The notes under the pieces were generated by a model. It was not told where the DNA came from. It worked only from the letters and a program-made list of their open reading frames with translations, and made no database searches. DNA of 52,725 bases, counting the filler, from Sphacelaria rigidula (taxonomy: Eukaryota), in NCBI GenBank assembly GCA_964200075.2. It is 4 parts of 4 records of this genome, joined end to end, with 100 filler letters (N's around TTAATTAATTAA, not from the genome) between each part and the next. Parts side by side here need not be neighbours in the genome. Positions count along the whole stretch, not along the records: positions 13,208 to 26,314 come from CAXNAA020003149.1; positions 26,415 to 39,520 come from CAXNAA020003150.1; 2 more parts are not named here. One strand, given 5' to 3'. Every line of letters starts with the position of its first letter. Within the stretch, counting starts at the first letter, position 1. Positions 25,107 through 37,700 of this stretch are shown here, piece by piece. Position numbers and translations under genes: made by a program.

Positions 25107-26314
25107 GTGCTCACGCAAGGGCTGCTCCGAGACGCCGTCCTTCGGGTTGCAGGGAAGCAGAAAGGTGGAGTTCTGCTTTTAACACGCCGAGGAGGTAGTG
25201 GTAGATGTAAGGAGAAAGAGATGCTCCCGTGAGGGCCGCTCCAAAGTACTGTTATTCGGGCTGGAGGGCACTCGGACTGCGGTGTTCTGTTCATCAAACG
25301 CCAAGGAGGGGATGATAAATGTAAGGAACAGGAACTACCCTGACGAGAGCTGCTTCAAGGTACCGTCGCTCGGGCTGGAGGGCACTCGCACTGCGGTGTT
25401 TTGCTCACAGCACGCCGAGGAGGATATGGTATATATAAGGCGCAAGAGGTACTCCCGCGAGGGCTGCTCCAAGGTACCACCGTTCGGGCTGGAGGGCGCT
25501 CGAGCTCCGATGTTCTGCTCTCAAGACGCCGAGGGGAGAATGGTGAATGTAGAGGCCAAAAGGTGGTCCGGTGAGAGCTGCTCCACAAGGTCGTCATTCG
25601 GACTGGAGGGCACTCCAACTCCGGTGTTCTGTTCTCAAGATGCCGAGGAAGGGATGATGAATGTAGAGGGCAAGAGGTGCTCCCGCGAGGGCTGCTCCGA
25701 GAGACTATCGTTCGGGTGGGAGGAAAGCAGTAAAGTGGAGTTCTACTCTTTACAACACGCCGAAGACGGGATGGTACATAAGGGCAAAGAGGTGCTCCCG
25801 CGCGGGCTGCTCCAAAGGGCTGTCGTTCGGGCTGGATGGCACTCAGACTGCGGTGTTTTGCTCACTATACGCCGAGGAAGGGATGGTAGATGTAAAGAAC
25901 AAAAGTTGCTCAGGGGAGGGCTGCTCCAAGGCACCGTCGTCCGGGTTGGAGGGCACTCGGACTGCGGTGTTCTACTCACAGCACGCCGAGGAGGGGATGG
26001 TAAATGTAAAGCGCAAGAGGTGCCTCCCCGAGGGCTGCTCCAAGATACCATCGTTGGGGTTGGAGGACACTCGGACTCCGGCGTTGTGTTTAGCGCACGC
26101 CGAGGACCACACGCCGAGGACCACATGCCGAGGAGGGGATGGTAAATGTCAAGAACAAGAGATGCTCCGATGAGGGCTGCTGGAAGATATTATTCGGGCT
26201 AGAGTGCACTCGAACTCCGGTATTCTGCTCTCAAGACGCCGAGGAGGGTGAGGGTGTACTCATGACCATGCATGCCATAGTCATCAGACAATCGACCTCG
26301 CATCCCTACAAAGC

Positions 26315-26414
26315 NNNNNNNNNNNNNNNNNNNNNNNNNNNNNNNNNNNNNNNNNNNNTTAATTAATTAANNNNNNNNNNNNNNNNNNNNNNNNNNNNNN
26401 NNNNNNNNNNNNNN
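26315..26414. other. Artificial contig spacer
   Basis: N44-TTAATTAATTAA-N44. Confidence 0.97.
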
Positions 26415-27342
26415 GGTGTGGGGCGGCGTGAGGGAGGCGTATACACCGTTTTCCAGTCTGTAGGGCCCCTTGGACACCTGCGAAAAGATCACCTTCGGTA
26501 CCACCCCCCGATGGAGCAAGACGCGGTAGAGTCAACGAAATTAATCACGCACTCCAGCACCGATACAGGAAAACGTACGTCAGTGACTTGTCAAGGTGCA
26601 CCCTCGAAGAACTCCGACTCAATTCCACACACTTATTATTATTATTTCCGCACATTAGTCCAATCTCGCGAACCCGTGGTCACTACTCCCGTGGTCACAC
26701 TACAGCGCACAAATTGCCCATGGATGTTTGCCCTGAAAAAATGAGGTTCAGGTGTGCAGCGTAAACACACGCGATATTTGCCATCGCCTACGAAACTATG
26801 GAGAGATTCAAACTGGTGCCGAAAAAATGGGCGGTGTACCAATCACCACATTTACCACAGACTAGTGACTACACAGGGTCATGGAGAAGGAGGGAAGGTG
26901 TGTTGAGACTGACATTGTCACTTCACTGCCTGCTGGGGATAAACCAGGCGTGAATCGGACTCATCAACAGTCATTGAGAGACCTATGTGATGTCAGAGGC
27001 CATGAGCTATTGCTAGTCAACACCGACCACATGAGCAAGCGGGGTTCTGCCGGAGCTACAAAGAACGACATGAACGGACGGAATGAGCGAAGAGTCAAGT
27101 GCAACAAATAGCGAACAAGTCCAAGCTGCTCGAAGCTAAAAGTGCAAAGTTGCAAGCTGTAACGCCGTTGGTTCCTTCTGCGTTTCACCAGTCTTCACCC
27201 CGAGGCACGTCGAGGTATATCTGCAACTGGGCGCGCTGGGCACGCGAATGTAGCGCTTGTCAGGTAGGCGGTCGTCTAGATCTGGCGCATGACTGTGACT
27301 TGCGCTTGATACTCAGAGCCCTGGTGGGTGGCAATAGCTTAC

Positions 27343-28908
27343 CGGTGGCAGGTGCTTGATTTGTTCAATGCAGTTGTAGTCTCCCCCCGCGTGCTCTAGG
27401 ATGAGCGTCAGGAAAGAATAAACAACGAATGCTTCGTAGCAGTCACGCACCGTCAGCGCTACTACCACAACCTTGCCGCTGCCAGGCGCAAAAAAATACA
27501 AAGATCGAAAATGGAACGTGACACATGCAAAGGACAAGCGAACAACGAGAAAATTCTCCATGAGGCCGAGACAGGAACAGTAAGCAACCTGGGAATAAAG
27601 CACACTTTGACACGTAATACGTGGTCCTTCATCCTCCAAAAACACATGGAGGTTCTTGCCCCTTGTGTAGTGTACAGTAGTGCAACATGACTGCCTAGCA
27701 AAACTCCAGCTTAAACACGTGCGACATGTTGACCTGCAGGGACTCTACCTGAAAGGTCGGGTGGTTTGTGGTTCACAACTCGTTGCACGTGGAGTTTATT
27801 TGTATCTGTGTCTACGTTTGGCTACTTGATTTCTATGACCGTCAAGGCGGCTTTTTGTTGAACGGAAGACAAATCTCCCCAAAAAATACCCCTTCAGCAA
27901 TTCAGCGCCGATTTTTGCCGAGATATATACGCCTCGGCAAATTGTGTCACCTCGAAAATATTTGCTTCACTTTCCAAGTGTACTCTAGCATCCTTTCCCG
28001 ATCTTCCTTTCGGGCCCCCAGTTTTACCTCTGGCCGAACTAACAACTTCTTAAACAAGCCACGAAATATTCGAGGTATCCCTAAAAGAAAAAAAATCGAA
28101 GAAATAAGGTATCTTGGATTATCTTGGAGAAATCGATAATCGGGCCGAAATTAAAACTGGCCACACCAAATATCGGGAAGTGCGCAAGAATCTTCATAGA
28201 GAGCACATCAATTATTTTGGAGAAAACACAATGCGCCAAGGCCCGTAGTCCGGCAAAAATCGGCGCTAAGTCGTTACAAAGAGCGTTTCTTGGCGAGATT
28301 TGTTTTTGTGCCACAAGACGCGGTCCGAAACTCCCGCATACTTCGCACGAAGTTAGCGAAGCTACGGCGTTCGTTCTTAGATGCAAGGATACAAAGCAGC
28401 ATCATATTCAACCTTGCTTCCTGTTGACGGCACGCAATACAAGTGAAGCTTCCAGGCATGCGTCGGTCAGTGTGCAGGAGGCCACAGGAGGCGTGTGGGT
28501 GCTTTCATCTCCTCCACATTTTGCGGCGCAGTGCTTCAAGACTAGATGTGAACGTCTTGGATAACAAGAGACATGAGAGAAGCAGTCAGCACAACCTTCA
28601 GTCACACCGGAAAAAAAAATACCACCAGAGTCCACAGCAAACAAGCATTAACCCGCGCAACACGACTGCACTACGACAGCAATTCAACACGCACGCAGGA
28701 CTGACGGCAAGGGACACTTCACTAGCCATATCCAATGACCGGAACATGCGGGGCACACTTACGTTGAGGCGATGATGGCAATCCCGGAGCAGATGGCATA
28801 CACAGGGACGACGAACAGGATCCGAAAGATATACTTCTGTGTTCGGGGGAAATTGTAGTGCCGGGCGTGTAGGAGCATGTTCCTGCAAGATAGTCCCAGA
28901 GCAAGCAC
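27343..28908 (-). CDS. TMEM184/OSTalpha (organic solute transporter) family protein, two internal exons
   Basis: Exon 28908-28763 (VLALGLSCRNMLLHARHYNFPRTQKYIFRILFVVPVYAICS) and exon 27478-27343 (ALTVRDCYEAFVVYSFLTLILEHAGG). Canonical AG/GT sites with a matching phase-2 join. The QKYIxRIL..VPVYA and RDCYEAF motifs are typical of the family. Other exons were not located. Confidence 0.85.
27866..28305. mobile_element. Diverged foldback/MITE in TMEM184 intron
   Basis: ACAAATCTC.CCAA..CAGCGCCGATTTTTGCCG (27866-27960) is inverted at 28213-28305. Confidence 0.6.
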
Positions 28909-30519
28909 CTGCTCGATGTCGACCGGAGAAAAACATTTGATGGCCACCGCAATCGTCACCGTTGGCGTGCTCATGGGAGTGACTGTAAATCATATTTATG
29001 CACTCAAGGTTCCGTCTCAAAACTACCAAGCGGATGAATGCACCACGTGTAAAAGTAATAACACATGAAACGTAGCACAGAGATCAGGTCAGCGGCGCGG
29101 ACGCAACTCCTGCAACGCACTATATGGCACAGTTTTGAGATACAGCTCGTGTACACTGCCAGTGCCAGTTGCAGTATGTGATACTCGGCCTCCCAAATTC
29201 TGCGATCCTGTGCAACGACGTTAACGCGTTCACTCAACACCCCGCCCTGGAAAAAAACAAGTTCATCACAAGTGGTGGTTGATTGTCGTCGATCGCGGGG
29301 ATGTAACTTTGAGGTGGATAGGCGGCCCGAACGCCTGCCGCTGAGGCCTTTTGTACTCTTTCCAGTTTATATCACGGGCTTATACAAGGTTTGCGTCCGT
29401 CATGCTCCGCTCTGCCAGGAACAAGGGTAGGATCAACCCTTGGAGCGCGACACCGACTTCCGAAGCCATATCATCCGCTGACAGTTCCGCACATACATCG
29501 TAGATCGTCGATCGTAGATTGGGGTGGGAGATGCACTCATTATTTATTGCTTGTCTGAGTCGTTTGACCATTGACCACGCATCCCTTGCGACACGGAAAC
29601 TGAGGGGGGAAGATGAGCACCCTCATACCTATCCCTTGTCCTGTAGCCCAGAGGCTTCTCATTGGGAAATGAGATGAGTGACGTGAACAAACAAATCACG
29701 AATTTAAAGTGTAACCACACAAAAATCCACCCTGTAGTACGTGACTTCTATATTGGACACAGGAAGGCCTTTCTTTACTCGTAGCGGTGCAGCGAGAAGC
29801 AGCAAAATGAAAAAAATGTGACTTCACCACGCCATTCGCGGTGTTTGGTGTGCCAGTGTCGTGTACCGGTGCAGTCATCATCTTTGCGTCTGCGGCACGT
29901 TCTTGTGCCTCGTGCCTACACTACACTGGAGCGCCGCGAAGAACCACCGCGGGTTTGCGCGAGTCTGTGGGTAATGAGCCTCGTGACCAAGAATCGTTGT
30001 CGCCGCTTCACCTACATGTCGACACAGGTCGCCTTGGAAATACATGCAAGTGGTGTTGAAGCACAACTTCTGTAACGAGTCCCTTTTGTAGGTCGAAGTA
30101 CCACGGCCCTGCTGGTGCTATAACGCTGCGGCCTTCAGCACAGCATCCAGACTCATGGTCAGAAAACAAAGGAACGAAAAATCCGAAATTCGGAGGTCAT
30201 TTGCTTCCTCTTGAGCTAAAAATAATTGAGCGGAATTTCATCTCAACATGCAACGGTGAACAATCTACCCAAAATATTTTTCACATTCACGGCTCACATT
30301 TGATGATGGAGCAAGGTATCTTCGCTGAACTCAGCGCACGCCTATCGGTACGCCCCTCCCCAGTCACCACGAAATCACAGCTGCTTTTATTTTGTTAGGT
30401 TTTATTCATCACGTAGATAACAATCAAATACGATGCGTGGCCTTAATTCCGTTCAACACTGTGTATTCCATCCATTTCTGTGCTTTGCTTTTGTGGAAAA
30501 AAAAATCACGTCTTAGTCT

Positions 30520-30670
30520 ACTATGTCGTTCTGTTCGACTTTTTTCTGCTCCTTCGTTTTCTTGAACGAGCATTTCACTTTTTATTCTCTTGGGTACGTC
30601 TGTCATGCGACCACGGCTGGACCCGTGGGTAGTGAGTCAGTTGAAGTGCAACAACCAATCAATCAACATC
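30520..30670 (+). repeat. SINE/LINE-like 3' end with (AATC)n tail
   Basis: TTGGGTACGTCT.TCATGCGACCACGGCTGGACCC...CAATCAATCAA recurs on the minus strand at ~43038-43180. Confidence 0.6.
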
Positions 30671-33600
30671 GACAACAGACTTCACCCTGTGGGTCTGAAG
30701 CCCAACTGAGGTGCCCAGACAGAGCATCTGACAAAATGCACCCGTAGCAACAAGCGATACCCCCAGTAGATTGGCCATGCACATTGCCGTCACTACCAGC
30801 AGCGGGCCCTTCCCTCGCGCCTTCAAGCTGGAGGACGGACTACGGCTACTCTACCTTTCGATGTGCCAGGTGTCGAGCCTGAGTGTCTGTTCGCACCGGA
30901 GCATGTATGCGTTAATGTCCAGCACACGTTTCCAACAGTGGCACATGACAACCATTGAACTTTCATCAGATTGGCGTGACAGTTTTTTTAGACAGATTCT
31001 CGCTCAAAAAAAGCCATGATCATCGTTTTCCCATCCTTTCGGTGGCGAGCGAAGAGACCGTAGGAAAACAAGATTTGAGCCATCAGAAACTTTAATTATG
31101 TAGACCTATCGACTCGAATTTCGCGATTCAATTCCACCGCTTTTTATCACTGGTCATAAAAATAATAAAACTCACCCTCAACTATTGACGTGCAACAAAT
31201 ACGAGGTGGTTTTACCTCTGTGCGTAGTCTTCGGCACCTGTCTGGTCCCTAATGTGCTGTCGAGATGACTGCACACTACGCTACGGTCATTGTGAGACGC
31301 CAAGCGAAGGTAAAAGCAGCGTACAGTAGACTGTGTGCAGTGGAGAGCGATGACATGTTGATTCCTTTATACAACTGTCTTTAGTCGCTCATGAAGAACG
31401 TTCGTACGGCACAACAGCAACATCGGCAATAAAACATGATGGTCCAGTTGATAAGGTATAGTCCGCATGGGTGCAGCGCCCGAACACGCTCGAAGTGCGG
31501 CACCACCGCCCCCAACGGTGCAGAGACAGCGAAAGCACAGAAATGGAGTATGTCTGAGTATACCTCAGCAGTACTCGCAGTGGCCACCAGCGGGCGTCAC
31601 TCGCAAGACAGTCACCCACGTAGTATACCCCACCAAAAGGGTTGAGGCAAGACAATGCACTTGACTCATCGCTCAAAGCCGCTCCCGGGTTATACAGCAC
31701 CAATTTCTACACAGGTTGGCCAACATCCACCTGTGTGTGTTGTTGGTGTTGCCATCCCATCTATTCTGAACGCCAGCCTGCACCTTTGGATAAATGTAGG
31801 CGCATCAGCCGGGGTCACACAGGAGGAAGGCTAGCAGAAATGTTTTTATTTCTATCTTGTTTTCGTACTCCACCTTCCTTGTGCGGTGCTTGCATTGCTT
31901 TTCCATCGCGAGAAGGGTTCAGCGGTCCCTTTCCCTCGTCTAAGCCTCGTCTTAAGGACCGTCTACATGAAAATAGGCGTCATGTATCACAGGAAGTACA
32001 GCAGTTCCGAAGCGAAATTGACCATGGGCAACATTGGGCAATCTCAGTGGGGGGTCGAGATCAAAGAGATAACTCACTGTTGCTTCTTGTCCGCACTCGG
32101 AACAATTTGTGGGCGTTTGATCCCTCAAACACCCGGGCCCCTACAAGTAGTTGGACACTAAGAGGGCAGCCTTCTCCGAGGGGTTTGGAAGGGTAGGGTA
32201 GTGGGCGGTCTAAGTATTCAGGGATGTTTTGGGATTTTCCTCGCGTACTACTCTTCGATAAAACTCGAAATTGCTATTATAGCGTCGATATATTTTGGTA
32301 CAATAAATACATCACTCTCGAAACACACTGCCCAAGCCTGTTAATTGGTGTTATCGGGCGATACTAGTGAATACTTATCAGGAGGGTGGTATTGACCGTG
32401 AAACACAGTTTTTCGGCTCTAGTGTAATGAGTAGGTTGAAAAAACTGAATATTTTTTCATGAATATGATCAGGACATGCTCGATCAACCGAAAATACCGA
32501 AGAGTGAGAATCTAGGCTGACACGTGGCAGGACCCCCGATGACCGGTCAGCCCGTAAATCACTCAATACTGAGTATAAATGATTTTTTTCGTGGAATGTG
32601 AAGGGGATACAAATATCTCCAGATCACCAATGTGATAAGCGGTGGCAAGCGAAAAGAGCCCAAGAAAATCGCCAGTTACGAAAAATTCACAAAATGCCAC
32701 AAAATGAATATTTAGACCGCCCGCTACTGTAGTTTCTGGTCGAGAGAAAACGCCTACATGGAGGAGAATGTTGCCACGCACATGTCCCCCGTCATGGGTT
32801 ATTCGTGTACAAGCCACAATCGGAAAAATCATCCACCAAACAGTACTTATTGTTATTATTATTATTATTTCCGCACAATAGTCCGATCTCGCGAACCCGC
32901 GGTCACAGACGTAGGTTCGCCTTTCCAATACCGTCCTTGCTATTCCTCACCAGACACATTACCAAGATAAATAAAAAATAAAAAAGAAGAGAGACGCCAC
33001 GAAACCCGGTGAGAAGTACCTCCCCCGAGTTCAACGGGGAGAGAAAAGAAAGGAAGAAAAACAAACAAACAACAAACGCCAGATCTGTCAAAAATGTACA
33101 CTGAAAGAAAGGAAGAGAGGAGATAATAAAGGACAAAACAGGAAAAGACAGGCGACACAAGGAGAGTAGTATGGCCACCATGTCAGGGGTTCAACTCAAA
33201 AACAAAAAAACAACCCCAAACCGTACGTAATTTTCCACCTGCGCGATTACCACTGCTCATCAATGCTTGAACAGTTTCGAAAAGACAGAACACGTACACC
33301 GATAGCAGCCACCCCAAATATAGCACGAACCCACGAGCCGGACCCCGAGCATTGGCAGTGGCCCGAACAGTCATCTCCCGGGGTGGGTGCGGAGGAACTT
33401 GCACACTAAAATTAGCATCGCATCTCGTGGATGCCTCGTTACAAACTATGCTTCACGCTCGTGCGTTCGAAATATTATATATACTATATATACATATACC
33501 AAGGGGTAGTATACACCATATTATATATCAAAAGGATCGGACGCGCCGCCTATCGGCGGCCCCGTCCTCCATGATAAACGCGGAAAGGAATGAATTTAAT

Positions 33601-33739
33601 TTGAAAGATGGTGAAGGTAATGAGTCCCACCAAGAGGTTGAGCCAGAGATTCGATGAGTGTATGGGTTATAAAACTGTGTTATATATATATGATGAGTAG
33701 AAGAAGGGCGATCTGGCATGGGTGTGGCATGACAGACAG

Positions 33740-34025
33740 GTATTAAGGAACGCAAAGGTTGAGAGCGCGGAATGGTGGATGAAAAGCACTTAGTTTTGTC
33801 CCACGTTCTAAAAGTGTGAAGAACGCGGAAGACCCGAATGTGTCCAAGTGCTCCTCTGTCGAAGGTAGAGTCAAGTCGCGCGGAGGGCATCCGCACAAGT
33901 TAGGTCCAAGGGATGCATTTTTAGGTAATTTCAGGAACAATATCAAAAGCACCATCCTCAACATAGATGATTGGCTGTTAATAGCTGTGGGCTTGAGGAT
34001 AAACGTGCACACCGTTTAGAAAACC
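33740..34025 (+). mobile_element. Degenerate RTE-like LINE C-terminal fragment
   Basis: The translation ..SHVLKV..EDPNVSKC..EGRVKSRGGHPHK..RD..NIKSTILNIDDWLLIA resembles the RTE ORF tail (GHVLR..R.PK..G.R.RG..K..D..IDxW..A). Recognised by eye only. Confidence 0.45.
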
Positions 34026-34076
34026 GAACAACATGGTATACTGTTATTTGTGGCCCACACCGTCGAGCGCTGCTCG

Positions 34077-34480
34077 GCCAGGACAGAGGCAATAAAGTTC
34101 GGCTCCAATATTTACCGAACCGCGGGAAATCGGCTGTTTAATTCACCGAACCCCGAACCCCGGGAAATCGAATATAAGGGACACAGAAAGGGAAAAAGAA
34201 ACGAAAAATTTACGTGTTCTACAATTTACCCAAGCCAGAGACGGCCTGGCGGAAAGAGACAAAAAAAAATGCCGTGCAGAAATTTACCGAACCTTGCAAA
34301 TAACTCAAGCATAGACTGCAATGTACCAGAAAATAGACGGCCAGGACAGAGACAATAAAATTCGGCTCCAAAATTCATCAAACCGCGGGAAATCGGCGTT
34401 CGAATTCACCGAACCCCGAACCCCAGGAAATCGAAACGAAGGAACACAGAAAGGCCGACGAAAAAAGCGCCTGGCGGAAG
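34077..34480 (+). repeat. ~263-bp-period tandem duplication
   Basis: GCCAGGACAGAG.CAATAAA.TTCGGCTCCAA...AATTCACCGAACCCCGAACCC at 34077 and 34340. Confidence 0.75.
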
Positions 34481-34764
34481 GCTGCAAGCTGGCAACAACA
34501 ATCACAGCGTCTACGATTGTTGCTAATTGAAATCAGATTGATATTGCACACGCATATGTCGCGCTTACACGATTCAGACGCCTATGATGTCAGGAAATAT
34601 AATCCTGTCGCCGTTTGAACGTCCTTTGTTGCACATATACAATAAAGGATGCGATTGCCAAAATAGACAGCCCAGGAAAGGACAAAAAAACAATGAAACT
34701 GCAAGTCAAAGATTCACCGAATTCCGAGAGATCTGTGGCGAAATCATGCCGTCACGGTTGAGTA

Positions 34765-37700
34765 TATAGTGGATCCTGGATGATGACCAGGGGACAAGGG
34801 CATCCTGTGTATGATGACCCTTGCTGTGTAGCACAGGCCTGATGGTACGGAGTTGTAGGTGTTCACTCCGATCATGATAAGGTATTGTGAAGGCTGACAA
34901 CTAAAACCTTGAGGCCAGTGGAGCTGGGGAGTCCCTCAACAGCACTTAGACGCTGCAGTACTAGCAACCTGCTAGCGTCACAATATCGACATTAGTGCTA
35001 GTGCAAGCGTGCTGAATTTTTCAGCAGGGAGACGTCTGGACAGCTTGTGATTAGCTTCGGGCATAGAGCTTCACGAATGCGTGACGAGGCTTCAAGCTGA
35101 GGTAGCTGCAAAGGCGGCTGGCCCGTGATTGATCCAGACTGGAGACTTGCTGGAGCTGCGTACAGCGATGTTTATAGGACCCCAGGGCTGTGTGGAGCGG
35201 CGAAGAAAGCAGGTGTGATCTGAAGTTCGAGAAGGTTTCACAAGTCTTCGATTTTCCGCTCGAGAATGTCGACTACGAAAACGACCGTAACTCCTCTCGT
35301 TCTAAGGGAAGAGTTGCGGCCGCCCAGTTACGGGAGTCTGTATTCTGAGGGCGCCTCTCGATCATTTTACACGAAACACATGGAATACAAAAGGAGGGTG
35401 GAGCATGCGAATGCAGGAGGTGCGGTGAGGCATCAGGTAGTTTCTATGGAGCAACTGATGCCTACCCCCTTGCAAAGCGTCTTCGCGAGAAGGTTCCACG
35501 AAAAACATACCATAACGCCGCTGCAGTTGGCCGCAGCGATGAAGAAGCACGCAGGGCATACGGCAGGAGCGGAGGTAGAGCTTACTCAGGCGTCCGCGGC
35601 CGTGGCGAAGGCTGTCGCAATGAACCACAAGGGGAGCACCATGCGTGAGAGGGTGGAGCCCATAATGGGTAAGTTGGAGACGTCTTTTTTGGAAAATCTC
35701 AACGTAGAGATGATTTATCGTTTTTCCGATGGGAAATTTCGCCCAGGGCCCCCTGTGGTGGTCACCAAAGCGATGGTGGAGGGTCTGGCACCGGCGGAAT
35801 TTAAGCAGGCAGTGCTTGTACAGTTACAGCACGAAACAAATTGGAAGTCGGACCCGTATTAAGTCATGGACACCGTGGTGGCTGAAGCTCAGGCATGGCG
35901 GCGTGTCGAAGTATTCGGAAAATCATCCACTTCGTCGCCGCAGTCTTCGAGCTCGCGTAACCGCGGACCAAAATCCGCAGGCAGTGCCGCCTCCAATTTC
36001 ACTTGCTTTCAGTGTGGCCAGGTCGGTCACATCGCACGATAGTGCCCAACGCCTTCTGAGGGGGAGTCTGGGCAAACGAGTGCTGCAAGCCCTCGCAATC
36101 ACAAAAGACGAGATAGCCGTGGTGGCGGCAGCAGCGGGTTCTCCAGCGGTGGAGGTGAACAGTCGAGTTGCCAGCAGCAGCAGCAGTAGCAGCAGCAGGG
36201 GCAGCGGCGTCAGCAGGGGTCCGGTTCTGGGTTCGGTTCAGCCGCAGGGGCTGCTGCCCCGCAACGGGCGGTGCAGGTGGGACCGACCTCTCTTGTGTCG
36301 GGCTCGGTGCCGGCGCCGCCGGCAGCAGAGCAAGGCGAGACGCCGGCTGCGGAGCCGGCCGGTTTTCAGCTGAAATTTGAATCCACTGCTGCGCCGGCCG
36401 GGGTACCGCTGCAATTTGGCTCTGCGGGCGGGGCTTCGTACCCGCCGGGGGTGCCGATGAACCCAGCGGGGGTGTCTCTGCCTGCGCCGCGCGCGCAGCC
36501 GTGGCGCCAAGTGGGGATTACGACCCATCAGTCGGCGGAGCAGGTGCCGGTCGAGGACCAAGACAATTATGTCCCTGCCGAGTTATATCTGCCCGATCAA
36601 CGGGCGCGGGGAGCTATATCGGTCAAAGCGGTGTTGGATTCAGGCGCCCACTCCACGAGCATGTCGGTGCTAATTGTGGAGATGCTGGAGCGTTTACCCC
36701 CCGGTGAGAAAATCCGAATTCTGTTCTCGCTCGGAGCGCGGCAGGCCATCCCTGCATTGAGGCAAGGTATAAATGTGACGGAGCGTACGATTCCCCTTCA
36801 GTTGACGTTCCTGACTACTTGGAGGCCTGCTAAGTTACCCCCAATATCGTTTGCGATCATGCCGGGGACGGATGGTGTCGTTCTGTTGGGCTTACCGACG
36901 CTTCGGGGACTCGGAGTCGATCCGTATGATCGGTTGTTGGAGTCCCTAAACAAGAAAATACCGTCGCCCGGTTCGAGTGTCGAGACGCCTGCTTTTTTGG
37001 CCAGTCGCAGAGTGATCTTGTCGGTGTATGCTCTCCAGGAGGCGGGGGGGCAAGTGTCCGAGGAGCGTGATGAGGCGGTGGAGCGTGGCCCGGAGATATT
37101 TATTGATCCAGCGGATGAGGAGTCCGCTCGGAAAGTCGCGCTGGAGGAGAGCGTGACGGATGCTGGTGCGCAAAGCCTCGGCGTCTCAAAAGCGGAGCGC
37201 CTGCGCGGTGTATTGCATTGCCGCGTCAACGCGTTTCGCCGTGCGCTGCGGGGTGATCTCCCTGCGCGCGTGGAGCCCATGCGTGTTGAGCCAAAACCTG
37301 GGGCGTCCGCGGTGAAGACAAAGCCGCGGCGGTACGATGCAGTGAAGCCGAGTTGGTTGGCATTGTGCATGGCGGCTTTTTTGGCGCTCGGGTTGGTGTT
37401 ACGGAATTTGCAGGCGGGGGGGTCCAGTCCGGATAATGCGTTTCCGAAGAAGGCTGCATCGTGCACGGAGGACAGGCTGCAGGCGTGGGCGGCAGCGAAG
37501 GATCTGGTGACTGATGCAGTAACGCCGCTCCATCCTCGTCCAGATTGTTAGGTGTTAATGTTTCCGGATGCATTTAATTGCCATTGGGGTAATTTTGTAA
37601 CGCAGGTGCCTGATGCAGAAATGCAACAACGATCGCCGGTTGAAGACATGACGCATGAACCGCTGGCTTTTCTGAGTGTTAATTTCAAGGGTTCACAGCT

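Larger units (their letters stand above)
19638..26250 (+). pseudogene. EsV-1-7 cysteine-rich repeat protein pseudogene (~17 x 38-aa repeats), interrupted by a Gypsy element
   Basis: Repeats with consensus RCSxEGCSKxPSFGLEGTRTAVFCSQHAEEGMVNVKxK at 19638-20456 and 25111-26250. In-frame stops at 20187, 20412 and ~25180, frameshifts at ~25780 and ~26120, no introns. Confidence 0.9.

Noticed and set aside
19638-26250. Integrated phaeovirus provirus
   Set aside because: No viral core genes (capsid, DNA polymerase, packaging ATPase, integrase) are visible, and EsV-1-7 repeats alone are common in brown algal host genomes.
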